From the NCBI GenBank assembly GCA_964016885.1, contig OZ024740.1:224068001-224132000 (forward strand): a stretch of 64,000 bases of DNA, given 5' to 3'. This document shows, in pieces, positions 13,193 through 27,600 of the stretch. This stretch comes from Eledone cirrhosa (Eukaryota). The stretch's first letter is position 1; the number at the start of each line of letters is the position of its first letter. Both the position numbers and the translations under genes were made by a program. The notes beneath the pieces are model-generated. The model saw only the letters and a list, made by a program, of their open reading frames with translations. It had not been told where the DNA came from and made no database searches.

Positions 13193-13583
13193 TGGCTGCC
13201 AACTCGTTTTCGAGTACGGCCACTACTTTATATCCATGTAGAACCCCTACTGATGCACTGAACGAGTGTGACTTTTTAATCCGGCCAGCGACTTGAAAAC
13301 TCTGGTACAAACACTACACTTGTGACAACATTTGTGCAGAGAGATATCCAGATATAAAGCAATGCCTGTGCCGTGAAGCTTTTATAGTGAGCAAAGGCAC
13401 TGCACAAAGCCAGTCCCACTCTCTTAACCAAGATGATATTTACCAAAAAGATGAACAAGTCAACATCATTGGATACCATCAGGGTTGCAGGTGTTATATC
13501 AGAGTTTTCCTTCTCCTAGAATTCTGCCTTGACAAAGGCTAAGGGGTCATCTCTCCCATATACATATATATACATATATATAT

Positions 13584-14110
13584 CAGGATGGATTCAGTTT
13601 GAAACTGGTTAGACCATTACTCAACAGAGTATTCACTACTAGGGGTAGTAGAGTATAGTTATATTATGAAGAGTTAGGACCTCGACGGCTGAGCCCTTGC
13701 CATTTCAATAGCCAGTTCCAGACTGATTGCCAAAAGACTTGGTAGTTAACTGACTGTATCATCAGGAGGAGTGGTTTGTCCAAATAAGGGCATACATTGT
13801 TTATCCAATTGTAAAATCTCTTCACAAAAGTGATGTATTCTAACAGTGTGGTAGTGGTTGTATGTATAGATACCTGATTAAGTGATTGTTTATATGTATG
13901 TGTGTGTGGCTATATTTGTGTTCAAACGTATCTGCCTGGTCAACTTGAGATAGAATAATCGTGGAGACGGGGGAAAATATATATTTGTTGGGAAAATATA
14001 TTAGGGTGTGTATGTGTCTGCTCCAGCAGGCATGGTTATCACGACCTTCAGGGAACTGGTCTACAGAATAAGGCGTCAGTCTTGGGAGCAAATCACCCTA
14101 ATCAAAGAAT
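13584..14110 (-). mobile_element. PLE pLTR-like element with partly degenerate hammerhead
   Basis: Minus strand: CTGATGA at 13765-13759, stem II agtcagtt/aactggct, GAAA at 13706-13703. Homologous to the 55328-55465 element and abuts (TA)n. The right boundary is approximate. Confidence 0.55.
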
Positions 14111-14287
14111 AGTAGAAGCTAACTGAATGGGAGGTATATTTGTCAGTTAAGTGACAACTAATTTCTTAGTTATCTGAAATAACCAAGAACAGCCACTCAA
14201 TTCACCAGCACACATAAGCACTTGATGAGACAACAAATATGTTATTTTTACAAGGTTGAGTAAATTGAGGAATTTGGTTATTATTCA

Positions 14288-14470
14288 GGGCAGTGGGCTG
14301 GCAGTATCAGTAGAGCATCAGACACCATGCTGTGTAGCATAGAGTTATGGTACTTTACATTCTGAGTTCAAATCCTGCCGAGGTTAGCTTTGCCTTTCAT
14401 CGTACAGGGTTAATAAAATACTGTACAGCACTAGCATCATTGCTGGCCTTGTGCCAAAGGTAGAAACAAT
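14288..14470 (+). mobile_element. tRNA-derived SINE (family A), full length
   Basis: A-box-like TGGCAGTATCAG, B-box GAGTTCAAATCC, core and tail; ATTATTCA on both sides (14280-14287, 14469-14476). Confidence 0.85.
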
Positions 14471-15329
14471 TATTCAAATAAGCTAATACTGAACTTTCTT
14501 AATAATTCACATACAAAAAAAAAACTATGCACAGATATATTTTAAAAGAAAACATTGTTGATAACCATTGCATGGATGAAATCAATAGTAAAATAACTAT
14601 TTAACATTTAGTTTAATGAAAAGCTCATGAGTATGCACGTTTAGCCTACTAGCTGGTGCAGTTAAAGTAAAATCTATTGGAATGTATTAGTACATAAATC
14701 ACTTTGAGTTTGTGGTGGTGATTATATTTCATTTACTAAAAGTGGAATAGGTTGAGTGGATAATTACTATTTATTAAGCAATGTAATGGGCCTATGTTTT
14801 ACTTAGGTATGTATATTTCAAGCAGATTCATGGCACGCGGTCAGGTGCATATAGCTATTGATATATCTGTAGTGTAGTGCTAGTCTGGTTGTTATTTCAA
14901 TGCTGCTATCATAAAAAATATATTGTGGTATATACCCCTTTAGGACTCATTTTATGTGACTGAATGGTAGATGTGCAGTTTGGGTAGGTGTAAGATGAGC
15001 TACTTTTGTACTGGTATTATAAGCAAATAATTTTGTTTAATGATGGTATGTGTGTTTTGGTGTGACAATGTCGACTCATGTGGTTCAATAAGAGCTAGTT
15101 ATGTATGTATTTATGTGTGCTAGTGAAGTTTGCTGATGAACTTTGTGGGGAGTTCTGTGTGCTGTTTGAGTCCTCTATTGAACTTTGTGTGGAGTTGTGC
15201 TGCTCGTTTGTGCATAAGTGCTCTTTAGACTTGGATATGTGTTTGCTAGTATGGATACATAATAGTGTGTGCAAATGTACTATGATAACCTAGGGAGCCT
15301 ATTGCTGTGTGTATATGTACAATGAATAT

Positions 15330-15780
15330 TGGAAAATGTTTCTTACTCTTCTGGATTGTGAGATACGTTTTGTAAATCCAGTGTTTGCATCCTTTTTATT
15401 TAATAATTGTACCATGAACAACAACATTTGGTTTGTGTCATCAGAGTATAAATTGCATGGGCGGTATCCTCTTGTATAAGATTTAGCCTTGGACAAGCGA
15501 CTCCAATTCAGTTCACAGGTGATGTTGTTGTCATGGAGATCCCAAATATGGCTAGATAGTGTTATAGCATTCCTCCGGGCTGGGCTTCTAAATATATGTT
15601 GGTGTTGGAAAAACCTTCTTAGGCGGTTAATCCAATGTAGGGTTTGGTGGTATGTTCTGCCATAATGTTTCCCTTGTACACGAAGTTCTGTTGCCAGCAT
15701 TTGTTGTTTAAAGGACAATATGTTTTATTTATGCAATTACATTGCCTGGAAACTTCCTCCCTGAGGTCAAAATGGTGTCT
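15330..15780 (-). mobile_element. Penelope-like element 3' remnant (GIY-YIG endonuclease), same type as 52573-54500
   Basis: CNCINKTYCPLNNKC..VYKG..YIGLT, LSSHIWDL..W..Y..PCNL..LLNKK; frameshifted. Confidence 0.8.
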
Positions 15781-16868
15781 GTTATGAAGTACAAAACATG
15801 TTCTTATTACACTAAATGTATAGGTAAACATCATCATCTCTTCATGCTAACATGAAATGGTATTAAGTATATAATGACATTTTCGTGTATCACTATAGTC
15901 TATCTACTTGAAATTGTTTGTCTTCCATTTCGTATGTAATACTTTTTTTGAATTACTGGGTATATAATTTGTCTTCTAAATTCTTTTTGCACATCACATT
16001 ACTCATAAGACACTCCAAGTAATCTGCACTCACTGCCTCTCTTCCCTTGCTTGACACCCATCACACGTTTCGTGCAGTTATCATATAATCTATCTTTTTC
16101 ACAGAAAGAATCCTCTAATGCTGATCTTAATTCATATGTATAAAAAGATAATGAAGAATACTCGTGAGAATATCCCCAAGACTAATATTTTTCTCTTGCT
16201 ATCTTGGCAGATTTTCTTCCTATTTAAACCACCCTGTTTTTGATGTACCCATTAGCTATTTCATTTCTGTAATATCAGAGAAGGCTGGATCAGTTTTTCT
16301 TATTTTTCACTGTTTAGAACACAATGTTTCGTTGGTAGCAAGGAACCTCATAATTCTATTTCACCAAAGGGATTCACTGATATAAATCATTAAAAATAAT
16401 AGAAAAAGAATTACAGCATATCTTATCATGTTCATCATCATAATTATCATCATCTTCATTATAATTATCACTGTGATCATTGTAATTGTCATGTTTTTTT
16501 ATTCACATGAACATCTCTTTAACATTATCTGTTGTCACATGATGACAACCAACACCATTGAAATGCTATTGTTATCGTAAGTTCTATCATTATTGCTGCT
16601 ATAATGGGAAGAAGCATTCATTCACAAGAAGTTAATTTCTATTAGAAGTAAAACCAAATTGTCACTGCAGATATGGCCAACGACAGGATAATTATAAGAA
16701 CTGGTAGTTGTGCTGAAATGTTTAGAGAACTTCTAATGGTGAATTTCTTATCACCCACGTTGTTACTAAAAGTGTCACTATGTGATTATAACATATGCAC
16801 CAGTATAAGGGGAAGATATTGCTGCTAGAGAATACGCTAGATGTAATCTCTGATGTACATAAGATAAA

Positions 16869-17010
16869 GGTATAGCTATGTGGTTAAGAAGCTAGCTTTG
16901 CAGCCTCATGATCTTGGGTTCAATTGTATTGTGTGGCGCTTTGGGCTAGTGTCTTCTACAATAGCCTATAAGAGAGTCAGTTAAGTAATGGGAAATTGTA
17001 AGAAAGTCCA
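16869..17010 (+). mobile_element. tRNA-derived SINE (family C), degraded
   Basis: tagctatgtggttaagaag...gggttcaa...ttgggctagtgtcttctacaatagc; related copies at 30730, 33995 and 38660. Confidence 0.6.
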
Positions 17011-17849
17011 ACATGTATACATATTTATGTATACGTTTCTGTCTTTTTCCTTCTTTTTCTTTCTCTTTGCATTTGATATCACTGGTCGTTATATTTGTTT
17101 ATGTTCTGCATAAACCAAAGGAGCCATACTTTATCTTAAAATAAAGGAGAGTTAGTGTCAGGAAAATCATCTGGCTATTGAATTCTATCTTCAAAAGTCT
17201 CCTCCAACTAGTGGTGCTGGTTGTGATGAGGAGGAAGAGGACGAAATATTGTACGAGAGTTCAGGATTTATTGAACATAAATTATATCTTGTATATGATG
17301 TATGGGCTAGTGATTTGAGTGTTGGTTTCACAATTATAAGATTGTAATTTCAAACCCTACATCATGTAGTGCACTTCATGTTAAGTTGTTCCATTTTATG
17401 CAACTAAAAAAAAGAAAAAAAGTATGAGCAGCAACTGACTTTTAATCTTACAATAGACTGGTGTCATTTCCAAGAAGGATCTTGTACTTTCAGTCCATTA
17501 ATGACACATGAAACTGAGATAAGCATTTGGCTTGATGAACTCTCATACTCAAGACAGAGCTTAACTGTAATTATTTTTATGGCTTCCATTTTTTACAATC
17601 AGATAAAGTATCAGAACAGTATGTTATCTGCACAAATTATGCATCCCATATATAATTTGTGTAATAGAAGACTAACTCTCTATAAAACAAGCTAGCCAGT
17701 ATTACTTTAGAAGAATGGTATGATCAGCAAGATCCCAGACCACATTCACTTGTGAAGTGAGGTGGAACTTGTCAAATTGGACCAAGAAAACACTGATTTT
17801 CATTGGTTTTTCTATTGCTGATACTATCTACCAGCCACAACTCCTTGCA

Positions 17850-17945
17850 GAAAGAACAACATGAAATAAAGTGTCTTGCTCAAGGACATAATGCATCACT
17901 CAATTTTGGAATCAAACTCACAGCCTCATGCTTGCAAATCCAATT
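17850..17945 (-). mobile_element. tRNA-derived SINE (family B) fragment
   Basis: aacatgaaataaagtgtcttgctcaaggac...aaactcaca matches the copies at 19475 and 63160. Confidence 0.65.
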
Positions 17946-18752
17946 CTTTCAGATAGATGAATAATATTATGAAACCAGACTATGAAATTATGCAATCAAA
18001 TTTATATTTACTAATATTTTCTTGATAGTTTATTAAAAACAACTATATCTTTTAAAGTGTTTAATTCATATCATTCGCTGTAATTTCATGTGTTAAAATT
18101 TTAATACCATATCACTTTTATTTCTAATAATTCAATGATTAAGTTTTCTGTTAATCGACAAATAAATCATGGTTAGAATAATAACAAAATATTATTTTCA
18201 GAAATCTTGAAACGAATTTCATTTAATGTCCATTTTTTTCATTTAATGTCCATCATTTAATGTCCATTTGTTCATACTCTCATGGCAAGTCAGCATCTAC
18301 ACAGAGCTACTGTCATTTTAGATGGACCAGAGCTATGTCTTGTTTACATATATTCCAGTTGTACTGTAGTTTCTAATGATGGATGCCCTTCTTCATATCA
18401 AATGATTTATAGAGTGTACTGAGTGTATTTTTCATGCCACAAGCACTAGGGATGTTGTCATATCTTTAAAACAATTGAGAGAGTCCCCACACCCCTTTGT
18501 TTGGCATGGTCTCTTCAGCTGGACAGCAACAACATTACAGGCTGAAATGGATGCATTTTATTTTGGCACAATAACTAGAGAGACTGCCATGCCTATGACA
18601 TGTCTGGAGACTCCTCCCAACTCATTTCAGGAAAAAGTACTATGGTAATTAATCATGCAGGAAGGAATAGTTTTTAGATGGAAAATTAAATATTGAAAAA
18701 TTTAGAAATATTACAACTTATTCTTATTTTATTTCGATTATTATTCAATGAA

Positions 18753-18940
18753 GGGCGGTGGATTGGCAATATCGGTAGAGGGTCGGATGCCATGCTTTGC
18801 AGCAAAGAGTTACGGCCCTTTATGGTCTGAGTTCAAACCCTGCCGAGGTTAAATTTGCCTTTCATCCTTATGGGGTCGATAAAATAAAGTACCAGTAATA
18901 CACTGTGATAATTGCTGGCCTTGTGCCAAAAGTAGAAACA
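18753..18940 (+). mobile_element. tRNA-derived SINE (family A), full length with TSD
   Basis: A-box TGGCAATATCGG, B-box GAGTTCAAACCC; 16-bp direct repeat ATTATTATTCAATGAA at 18737-18752 and 18941-18956. Confidence 0.92.
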
Positions 18941-19279
18941 ATTATTATTCAATGAACAAAATATTTTGTGGTATTTAGTTACATTCATTCATATTCTAGT
19001 TCACGTGCTGCTGGAGGGAAGGTGACTTTGGCTTTCCCTCGTTTAACACTGAATCTGCCCCTGGTTCTACAATTAAAAATGGATTATTTTTAAATGATTA
19101 TATTTATCAAAAAGCATTCCATTATAATTTTGCATAAGAACCATTGTTAAGTTAATTTCCAAGCACCAGCTTACCATTTCTGATACCAATATACTAGCAA
19201 TCATTCTAGAATCTACAATACAAAATTGTTTACTTCAAAGTGTTTATATTCATTGAAAATTTTCCTTCATGGTTTTACA

Positions 19280-19430
19280 TCATCATTTCATCATTTCATT
19301 TTACATCCACTTTTCCCTGCGACGGGAACTGATTCTGGCTTGATTTCTACAGCTGGATGCCCTTCCTAACACCAACCTCATTTACAGTGAGTGCTGGGTG
19401 CTTTTTTTTTTTGCCGTGGCACCTCCACGA
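19280..19430 (-). mobile_element. RTE 3'-end-derived repeat ((GAT)n-tailed family)
   Basis: (CAT)n-like tail, ttttacatccacttttcc and ctggatgcccttcctaac..caacc..tttacagt, as in the 39461-39720 RTE 3' UTR. Confidence 0.7.
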
Positions 19431-19474
19431 CCAATTTGCAGTGGAATGAAAGGGACCTTAGTCCCTATCATCTC

Positions 19475-19613
19475 ATTTCTACAGCTGAGTAAACTGGAGC
19501 AATGTGAAATAAAGTGCCTTGCTCAAGGAAACAACACATCACCCGGTCTGAGAAATGAACTCACAACCTTTCGATTGCAAGGCCAATGCTCTAACCACTA
19601 AGCCATGTGCCTC
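19475..19613 (-). mobile_element. tRNA-derived SINE (family B)
   Basis: Minus strand TGGCTTAGTGG A-box and GAGTTCATTTCT B-box-like, then ccttgagcaaggcactttatttcacattgctccag. Confidence 0.8.
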
Positions 19614-19882
19614 CATGTGAAATTCTATTAGAATATGCATCACGCACAAAGCAAATAATACAAACATTTAGGTTACAAAATACCCCCAAATTCTTAGTTA
19701 TTTTCCAAAATTATTTGAAAACCATGGATAACATCATTTATAAGGAATGTAGCATAAATATTAATGTTGATAGAATAAGTAGCAGTTTTTGCTACCAAAC
19801 AACACCTGTCCCCTCTAATTTATGGACTTGTGTCTATGTTAGTCATCATTGGTTGTGTTGTGGTTATTTTTGTTATTGTTAT

Positions 19883-20038
19883 TAGGGTAGTCGATTGGCA
19901 GTATCAGTTGGGCATCATAATTCATGCTTTGTGGCATAGAATTATGACACTTTACATTGTGTTTAAGTCCTACTAATGTAAGCAAAATTGCTGGCTTTGG
20001 GCTTAAATGAGAAATAATAATAATGATGATAATAATAG
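19883..20038 (+). mobile_element. Degraded family A SINE with AAT-rich tail abutting the Tx1 5' end
   Basis: gattggcagtatcagt head and aattgctggctttgggc tail. Confidence 0.6.
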
Positions 20039-20039
20039 T

Positions 20040-23000
20040 AACAGCCAGTAGAGATGGCGGGGTTGACAGCAGCCGTCCTCGCTGACGTTGAGGATTCAAC
20101 AACCATACTCAACTTAACCATACGAATAAGACAGGAAAATTGGACAGGGTCAGGGATGGAGCTAATCATCCAAACAAACCATGAAAGCGTTGAGGCCATC
20201 CCCGATGTAATAGACCCTGACGACGTCAGCCATCTACCTGTGACTGTCGAAGGTAGGCGCCCATTCTGCCCCAAAGTTACCGAAGTAGGCATGCACCCAC
20301 CCCTTCTCCTCACGCTGTACCCCGCAACTGGAGTAGATAAACAAACAAAGAACACAGTGGCATAAGAGAAATCACCATCCCCAACAACAAAAACACCATC
20401 TCTTCCCACACCCACAAAACCAATGGAAAGTATAGCCCTTCCTGATATAGCTAAATCGGACAAGGAGTGCGATGAGGCCGAAGAGTGGAGAACTATTCCA
20501 ACAAAAAAAAAAGGAAGAACTCCCTAACCTCACCCCCCCCCCCCCCAAAAAAAAAAGAAAATGAAAACTACCCCACCTCCTCCACCGCCATCAACAGCTA
20601 CACCCCCACAACCACCTACACCATCACCACCACCACCACCACCACACTTACCATCTACCCTATCGTCACCTCCAACAACACGACAGCAAACACAGAAAAC
20701 ACCAACACCCCAACAGCAGACACAATACACAGCCATAGACACAGACAAAACAAAGCTTTTAAATTACATTCAACACCACACCAACATCATAGAAACAAAC
20801 TACGTACAAACCACCAAAATTGCACACACACACACCACCCACCCCCACACACACATAAAAATAATGGAAATTACACAAAAAAATTACATAACATTAAAAA
20901 AAATGTTTCCCACATCAATTGGAGACTACCCGAGGGAACATCACCAAAAAAATATTCACGGATATTCTCGTGGAGAAACCCACCAATGGTCGGAGGAAAG
21001 GATCACCAACCCCCTTCCTAAAGAAGAGCCACAGGGAATTTGTTTGTACCTCTCCCCTCTCGCTTGTTTTCCTCCTATCCTAGCCAACATGGCTACTCAC
21101 AGAATAAGTAGCATAAATGTACGTGGCCTGGGGTCGTCTTGGAAGCGGAGGCACGTGCTGAACGATCTCAGGTCACTAAACATAGATGTGGTGGCCATCA
21201 GCGAGACCAGAATCTCCGAGACACAGGCATTCCCACCCATTTTCGGCGGCTACGAGGTGTACACATCTCCAAGCCGTCCCGGATATTGGGGGGGTCGTGT
21301 TGTTCCGGAGAAGTCTGGAACATGATATACGGACAGTCTTCTTGGACCCAGAGGGTAAGTTGGTGGTACTGGGCGTATCAGTAGTGAAGGACAAGCTTTC
21401 AGGCTAGTGGCCGCCTATGCGCCAACAGGAGCAGGACGGCCTGAATTTTTCCGGCGTCTGGAGACCTTCCTTGGAACATCTCTAGTGTTAGTGGGCGACC
21501 AAAACAAGATCTTAGATGCACGCTGGGACTGTGTGGGATTAGCGGATAGGGGAAGAGGGTGCAAGAGCCTCACCAACCTGCTCAGGCATTTTGAACTGTC
21601 TGACAGGTACCGATTGGATTTCCCAAATGTGCCATTGTGGACTTGGACAAATCGCATAGGGTCATCCAGATCATATCTAGATAGAGTATTTTGTACGGAA
21701 ATAGAGAGGTCTAGCATAGGCTGTCCACAATTCAAGATAGTCAGCTACACGGACCACAAATTCGTGATGTGTGTGGTTGACTTAGATAGGCTTCATAGAC
21801 AAGGACCCAGATATTGAAAGCTAAACGCGTCATTAACAGCGCGGAAGGCCTACAGAGATCAGATTAGCAAAATAGTTAAGCGGGCGTTGACGGGGGCCAT
21901 CGTCAACAACAAGTGGTGGTTTGCTTTGAAAAGAGCGATTAGAATAGAGTCCATAAGGTTTAGTAAAGCTTTAGCAATAGAGAAAAATAGAGCAGAGGGA
22001 GAACTAGTTACAAAATTAGACGAGGCGCTTAGCAAAGGCATTGCGACCGACGTACTTGCGGCGAAATTGGCCTTTGACCAATTCTTCAATGCAAAGCACG
22101 AAGGCTGCGTTGTCAGAGCTAGGGTGCATGCTCTCAGACACGAGGGGACGAAAGCCGTTCAATGGGCCCGAGTGGCGGAGGCGCGTCGTGGCAACGAATC
22201 CACGATCCGGTCTTTGGTAGACCACAACGGGCACATGCTACTCGATCTTGGGCAAATGTGTGAAGCTTTTCAGCGACACTTCGCTCAGTTGTTCGGGGGC
22301 AGCGCCGGGCCGGATCGAGGGATGGACTTTAGTGACTACCTCGACGGACTGCCGTGGCTCTCGGCCACTGAGGCGGAGTGTTGCGAAAAGCCGATAACAG
22401 CAGCTGAAGTACGGGTGGCAAAGACTGGCTGCACAAGGGGTAAATCGCCTGGTTTGGATGGTCTGCCCTATGAACTTTACGTACAGATGCCAGACTTGTT
22501 TGGAGGCCTCTTGGCGGACGTCTACTGCAACTGGCAACAGAACGGGAGAATTCCCAGCTCTGTAAGTCGAGGAGCAGTGGCACTTCTGAGAAAGGATCCG
22601 AACAAGGGGGATAACATAGGCAATTTCAGGCCGATAACTCTGCTAAACACAGAGTTCAAGACTTTGGTACTAGCAAAGAGGTTTGCGCGTGTCGTTGGTG
22701 GTCTGGTGGGAGAGGCGCAGACATGCGTCATTCCAAACAGATCCATTCACGACAACCTCCACCTCATGCGATACATCGTGGAGAGGGAAGATAGAGAACC
22801 TGACATGGGTGGGTCTTTGATCAATTTAGATCAGTCGAAAGCTTTCGATAGGGTCGACTATCGTTACCTGGCGGCAGTCTTGAGGGCGGCTGGCTTTGGG
22901 CCCATCTTCAGAGACTGGATCGCTTCCATGCATAGCGACATCTGCTCTGTGGTGAGAGTGAACGGTCACCTTTCGGAAACCGTTCAACATCATGCGTTCG

Positions 23001-24663
23001 GTCCGCCAAAGATGTCCCTTCTCGTCCCTCTTGTACTTATTGACTCTCGAACCATTACTGCACAAATTGGAGGCGTTGAGGAGGGTCCCGCGCGAACTAG
23101 GAGGCGGAAGATCCGTCTCAGCATATGCAGAAGATGTCACCGAAGTGGTGTCGAACGCCAAACACATAGAGGCGCCACACTAAGAGATACGAAGCGGTGA
23201 CAGGAGCAATGATCAACCATGATTAGTTGGTGGGCCTGCAGCTCGGCACATGGAGAGGCAGGTCCATGCTGTCCAACAGCGTCGTCGGGCGCTGGACCGA
23301 CAGACCGGTTAAATTACTAGGGGTCTGGTTCAGTCCGGACCTCCAGACGGACAAAAACTGGGATGAGGTAACGAGCAGTGTGGATTCTCTCACCCAGAAT
23401 TGGGCAGAGAGAAAGCTATCTCTGAAAGGTCGAGCGGAGGTGGCGAATGCGTACATCGCGTCCGTCATCTACTACCGCCTGACCGACGTGCCTTGTCCTA
23501 AGCCTCACCTGACTACACTGGAGCGTTTGCTCTTTCGCTTTTTGTGGAAGGGACGCGCTCCGATGGTCAGGCGATCCATCTGCTGTCAACAACCGCTACG
23601 TGGAGGGCTGGCATGCCGTGGCTGATGATGCGCAGACACGCGCTCAGGCTACAATATCCCCACCTCTTCCTCCAGGGTGATCAGGTGTGGTCGCCGTTTG
23701 CTAGACGCGTCTTTCCCAAGCTTGTCTCCTTGACGGAGCTGCAGTCCTGGGTCAAGCGAAGACCGAGAGGGAACGATTGGAGACTGGAATCGGGCAATGT
23801 GATCGGTGGAAACTCCACCTTGGCGTTCTATAGAGGATTAATGGAGGGGAAAAGCGACGACGTGCTTGGGCAAACTCTAGGCATCAACGAAAATCAACTA
23901 GCCAATCTCTTCGGAAGAACTTTGCTACCGAAGAGCTTTGCCAGTTCGGGATAAACTCTACAGGCACGGAAGTGCAGTCAGCCGGGAAGGTCCGAGATGC
24001 ACGCTGGGCTACGAAACCGTCCTGCATGCACTCCTCCAGTGTCCGAGCATTGCTGACTTGTGGGTTTATGTCGAACACCTGCTCTCGCATGTAGAACGGA
24101 TCCGGCTATCAGCTGAGTCCATAGTGAGGATTGCCCTACCATCTTCCTTTAGCCGGGAAGGGCAGGCAGCTCTTATCTGTCTGGTGGCCATGGCGAAAGA
24201 GATAGTATGGTGGACGCATCTGAAAGGGCTGAAGACGAGCACTTACCTCTTCGGTGATGCCCTGATTAACTTTTTCAAATTTCATTTGAAAAGGAAAATC
24301 AGGTTAGAGAGGGAAGTGCTCTCTTCCCAGCTTTTTTGTTGAAAGATGGGTGAGAGAGGCAAGAATGGCCCGAGTGAATGGACCTACTCTGAGTATATGC
24401 CTGTAAATTGAAGGTGGAAAACTGGGAGAGGACACTTACCCTGGTGGTCAGGGTCACGGTGACTTTTTTTAATGGGCTTTCTCCACGATGGCCCTCGGAA
24501 GTATCCCCCCTATTGGGGAATTTTTGATTGTTCTTTTTATTACATCCTGTGTTTTTTTTGTTTTTTTTTACACGCAGAAATGTCCATTTGTACCGTCCTG
24601 TATTGTCCTGTACTGTCCTTAATGTCTACTTTGTGTAAACCCTTGTGGTTAAAAAAAGAGAGC
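20040..24663 (+). mobile_element. Tx1 (L1-clade) LINE, near full length, decayed, copy 2
   Basis: ORF1-like remnant 20054-21020 (VTVEGRRPFC, Pro/Thr-rich tail). ORF2 from ATG 21089 (MATHRISSINVRGL, VAISETR) with RT motifs and a C-terminal knuckle remnant (PRC..ETVLHALLQC). 3' UTR ends in (ATT)n; many frameshifts. Confidence 0.92.
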
Positions 24664-24692
24664 ATTATTATTCTTCTTCTTATTATTATTAT

Positions 24693-27600
24693 TGTTCTTT
24701 GAGTCTCAGTCATTGATGTTGTTTAACTGGAAAGGGCGGTGGATTGGCAGTATCGGTAGAGGGTCGGACGCCATTTTCCAGCATAGTTACGTCCGTTTAC
24801 GATCTGAGTTCAAATCCCGCCGAGGTTGACTTTGCCTTTCATCCTTACGGGGTCGATAAAATAAAGTACCAGTAATGCACTGGTAATTGCTGGCCTTGTG
24901 CCTAAAGTAGAAACAGTTATTTAACTGGAAAGTTTGTTGAAATGAATATCAAGCCACTACCTGCAGCTTCAGATATTCAGGACGTATCGGAGGGTTCTTG
25001 CTGTTCCCAGCAAGCATGCCTTTTGAAATGTTCCAAAATTCGGGGCGGGACCAATGTTCTTTAACCATCCTTGGAAGCTCTTTGAGATAGTACCTAGTGC
25101 GCCTATGACAATCGGGACCACTTTGATTTCATGGCAGTTCCAAATCCTTTTTACCTCCCACTTTAAGTCCTGGTATCGGTTAATTTTCTCCCTCTCCTTC
25201 TCTTGAACTCTCGTGTCAAATGTGCAGACTACATCCACAATCAGACATGATCTTTTTCCCTTGTCCAAAACAACCAGGTCAGGTCTATTGTGTTCCAGTT
25301 TCCTGTTCGTATGTATCCTAAAATCCCACGGCGTCTTCACCTGATCGTTTTCCATCAGCGACTCTGGCTTATGTTCATACCACTTCTCAGAATGTGGTAA
25401 ATTGTTTACTTTGCATAGGTGCCAGTGGATCACTCTGCCCATCACATCATGTCTCCATCCTTTATAGTGAGTCTGGGCTAGGTGTTTACACTCTGATACA
25501 ATGTGAGCCACATTCTCCTCTCTCTCTCTCCACAGATCCTACACAGTGGGCTAGACTCCTCCTTGTAAATATGGTGTTTCAGCCACTTCGTTTTGAGGGC
25601 CTGCTCTTACGCAGCCATTAGCATTCCTTCTGTAGCCTTCTTAAGGTCTCCTCTTTTCAACCAGTTCCATGTCTGTGGATCTCTAAATTCAGTTTTCTCA
25701 AAGAAGGTATTATGAAGAGATTTTTCATGAAGGCTGCTATTCCTCCTTGTTATTTCCTCCTTGGACATCCCCTGGTCTATTATCTTCTCCTTCAGTACAA
25801 TTTCGAGCATTGGCTCCCTACTGTCAGTCACGTATTTGTCCAGGTTGTTTTTCTCCATCTGAACACTGTCCTATATGCTGATAAGTCCTCTTCCACAATC
25901 AGATCTCTTTAAGTAGAGTCTATCAACATCACTCCTCTTTTGGATCATGTTGTAGATAGTCAATAGCTTCCTCGTCTTCCTATCCATTTCTTTTTGTTCA
26001 GCAACATTCCATTTCAGAATTCCCGCACTGTACCTAATAATAGACACAGCTCGGGAATTTACTGCACTTATGGCATTCCTACTGTTCAGATGTGACTTTA
26101 ATATGCTCCTTACTCTCCGAATGTATTCAGATCTTATCAATTCCTTCATTTTTTTGTTTTTGATGTCATCAGCCTCCAGAACGCCCAAATACTTCTATCC
26201 TTCTTCAGAGTCAATTTGATTTATCATCTCACCTGATGGTACCTGGATTCCGTTGCTTCTGCTCAATTTACCCCTCTTCATCACAAGGACTCCACACTTA
26301 CTAATACCAAATTGCATACATATATCATTGCTGAAAATACGGACACTGTCAACAAGCATATCCAACTCCTTCTCACTCTTCCCGAAGAGCTTAAGATCGT
26401 CCATGAAGAGGAGGTGATTGATAGTAAGCTCTACCTTTCCCAACTTGTATCCTGCTCTCACTTTTCGCAGTATTAGGGGGTATCAGGGCAAGGTCAAACA
26501 TCAGAGGGGACAAACTATCTCCCTGGAATATACCTCTCTTGATCTTCATGCCACCCAATGATTCTCCACCCAATGTTATCTCTGTTTTCGAGGACTTCAT
26601 ACTTTTGCTCAAAGACTGTCTGAGTTTATCTGCCACCCTGAAAATCTATAGGCTTTTGGTTATCCAAGAATGAAGTACCATGTCGAATGCACTTTTGTAG
26701 TCTATCCATCCCATGGCAAGACCAGTGTGTCTCCTCCTGCAATTCCTCATTACCATCTTATCAATAACTAATCGGTCCTTTGTACCACGGGACTTCTTTC
26801 GGCATCCTTTCTGTTCGTCCGGTAACAAGTTGTTTATGTGGAGGTTATGGTAGATTTCCTCAGACATAATGCGTGTTAACAGTTTCCACTTTACGATCAG
26901 GCATGTGATAGGTCTATAGTTGGTAACATCATTACCCTTGATTTGGTCTTTCATTACCAGAACTCTGTTACCTTTTGTCAAACACTCTGGTACCTCACCT
27001 GACATCAAGCAGTCATTGAACATGGTTGTCAGTTTCGGGTGGAGGGATGTTATATTTTTAATCCAATACCCCTGCACACCATCTGGGTCTAGTGATTTCC
27101 AGTTGGTTAGTTTTCTGGCCTGCTCCTTAAGAGTTTCAACTGTGATACTCAAATCAGTTTGTTGGTGTGCCTTTTCATTAATCTCCCTTTGTACTGTCTC
27201 AATCCACACTGCCTGATCATTATGTTTAACATCATGCTCCCATATTCCTCTCCAGAATGTCTTAGTTTGTTCTGCCTCAGGAATCAAGTCGTTGCCTCTT
27301 TCTTTCCCTTCAAGCTGTCCAAACAACATCTCTGTTTGTTGTCAAACATGCGGTTCTGTCTATACTGACTGACTATGCTCTCGTATTGCCTAATCTTTGC
27401 GCTCTTTGCTACAATGCGTTGCTTCAGTTCCTCTATGATAATATTTGGCTTTTTTCCTCCTAGTTTTGTACTTTATTTCCAGTCTATTTTTAGTGTCTAT
27501 GTTTTGTTATGTCCCATTCAGTAAGGACTCAAGCTTTCCAGTGACATTTCTCATTTCCCTGATTTGACCATTCAGTCGTTTCTTCCACCGAGGTTCTGAT

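Noticed and set aside
13235-13320. CTGATG...GAAA hammerhead-like pattern
   Set aside because: Core mismatch (CTGATGC) and no convincing stems
18753-18845. tRNA-like A/B boxes
   Set aside because: SINE heads followed by core, tail and TSD; no cloverleaf
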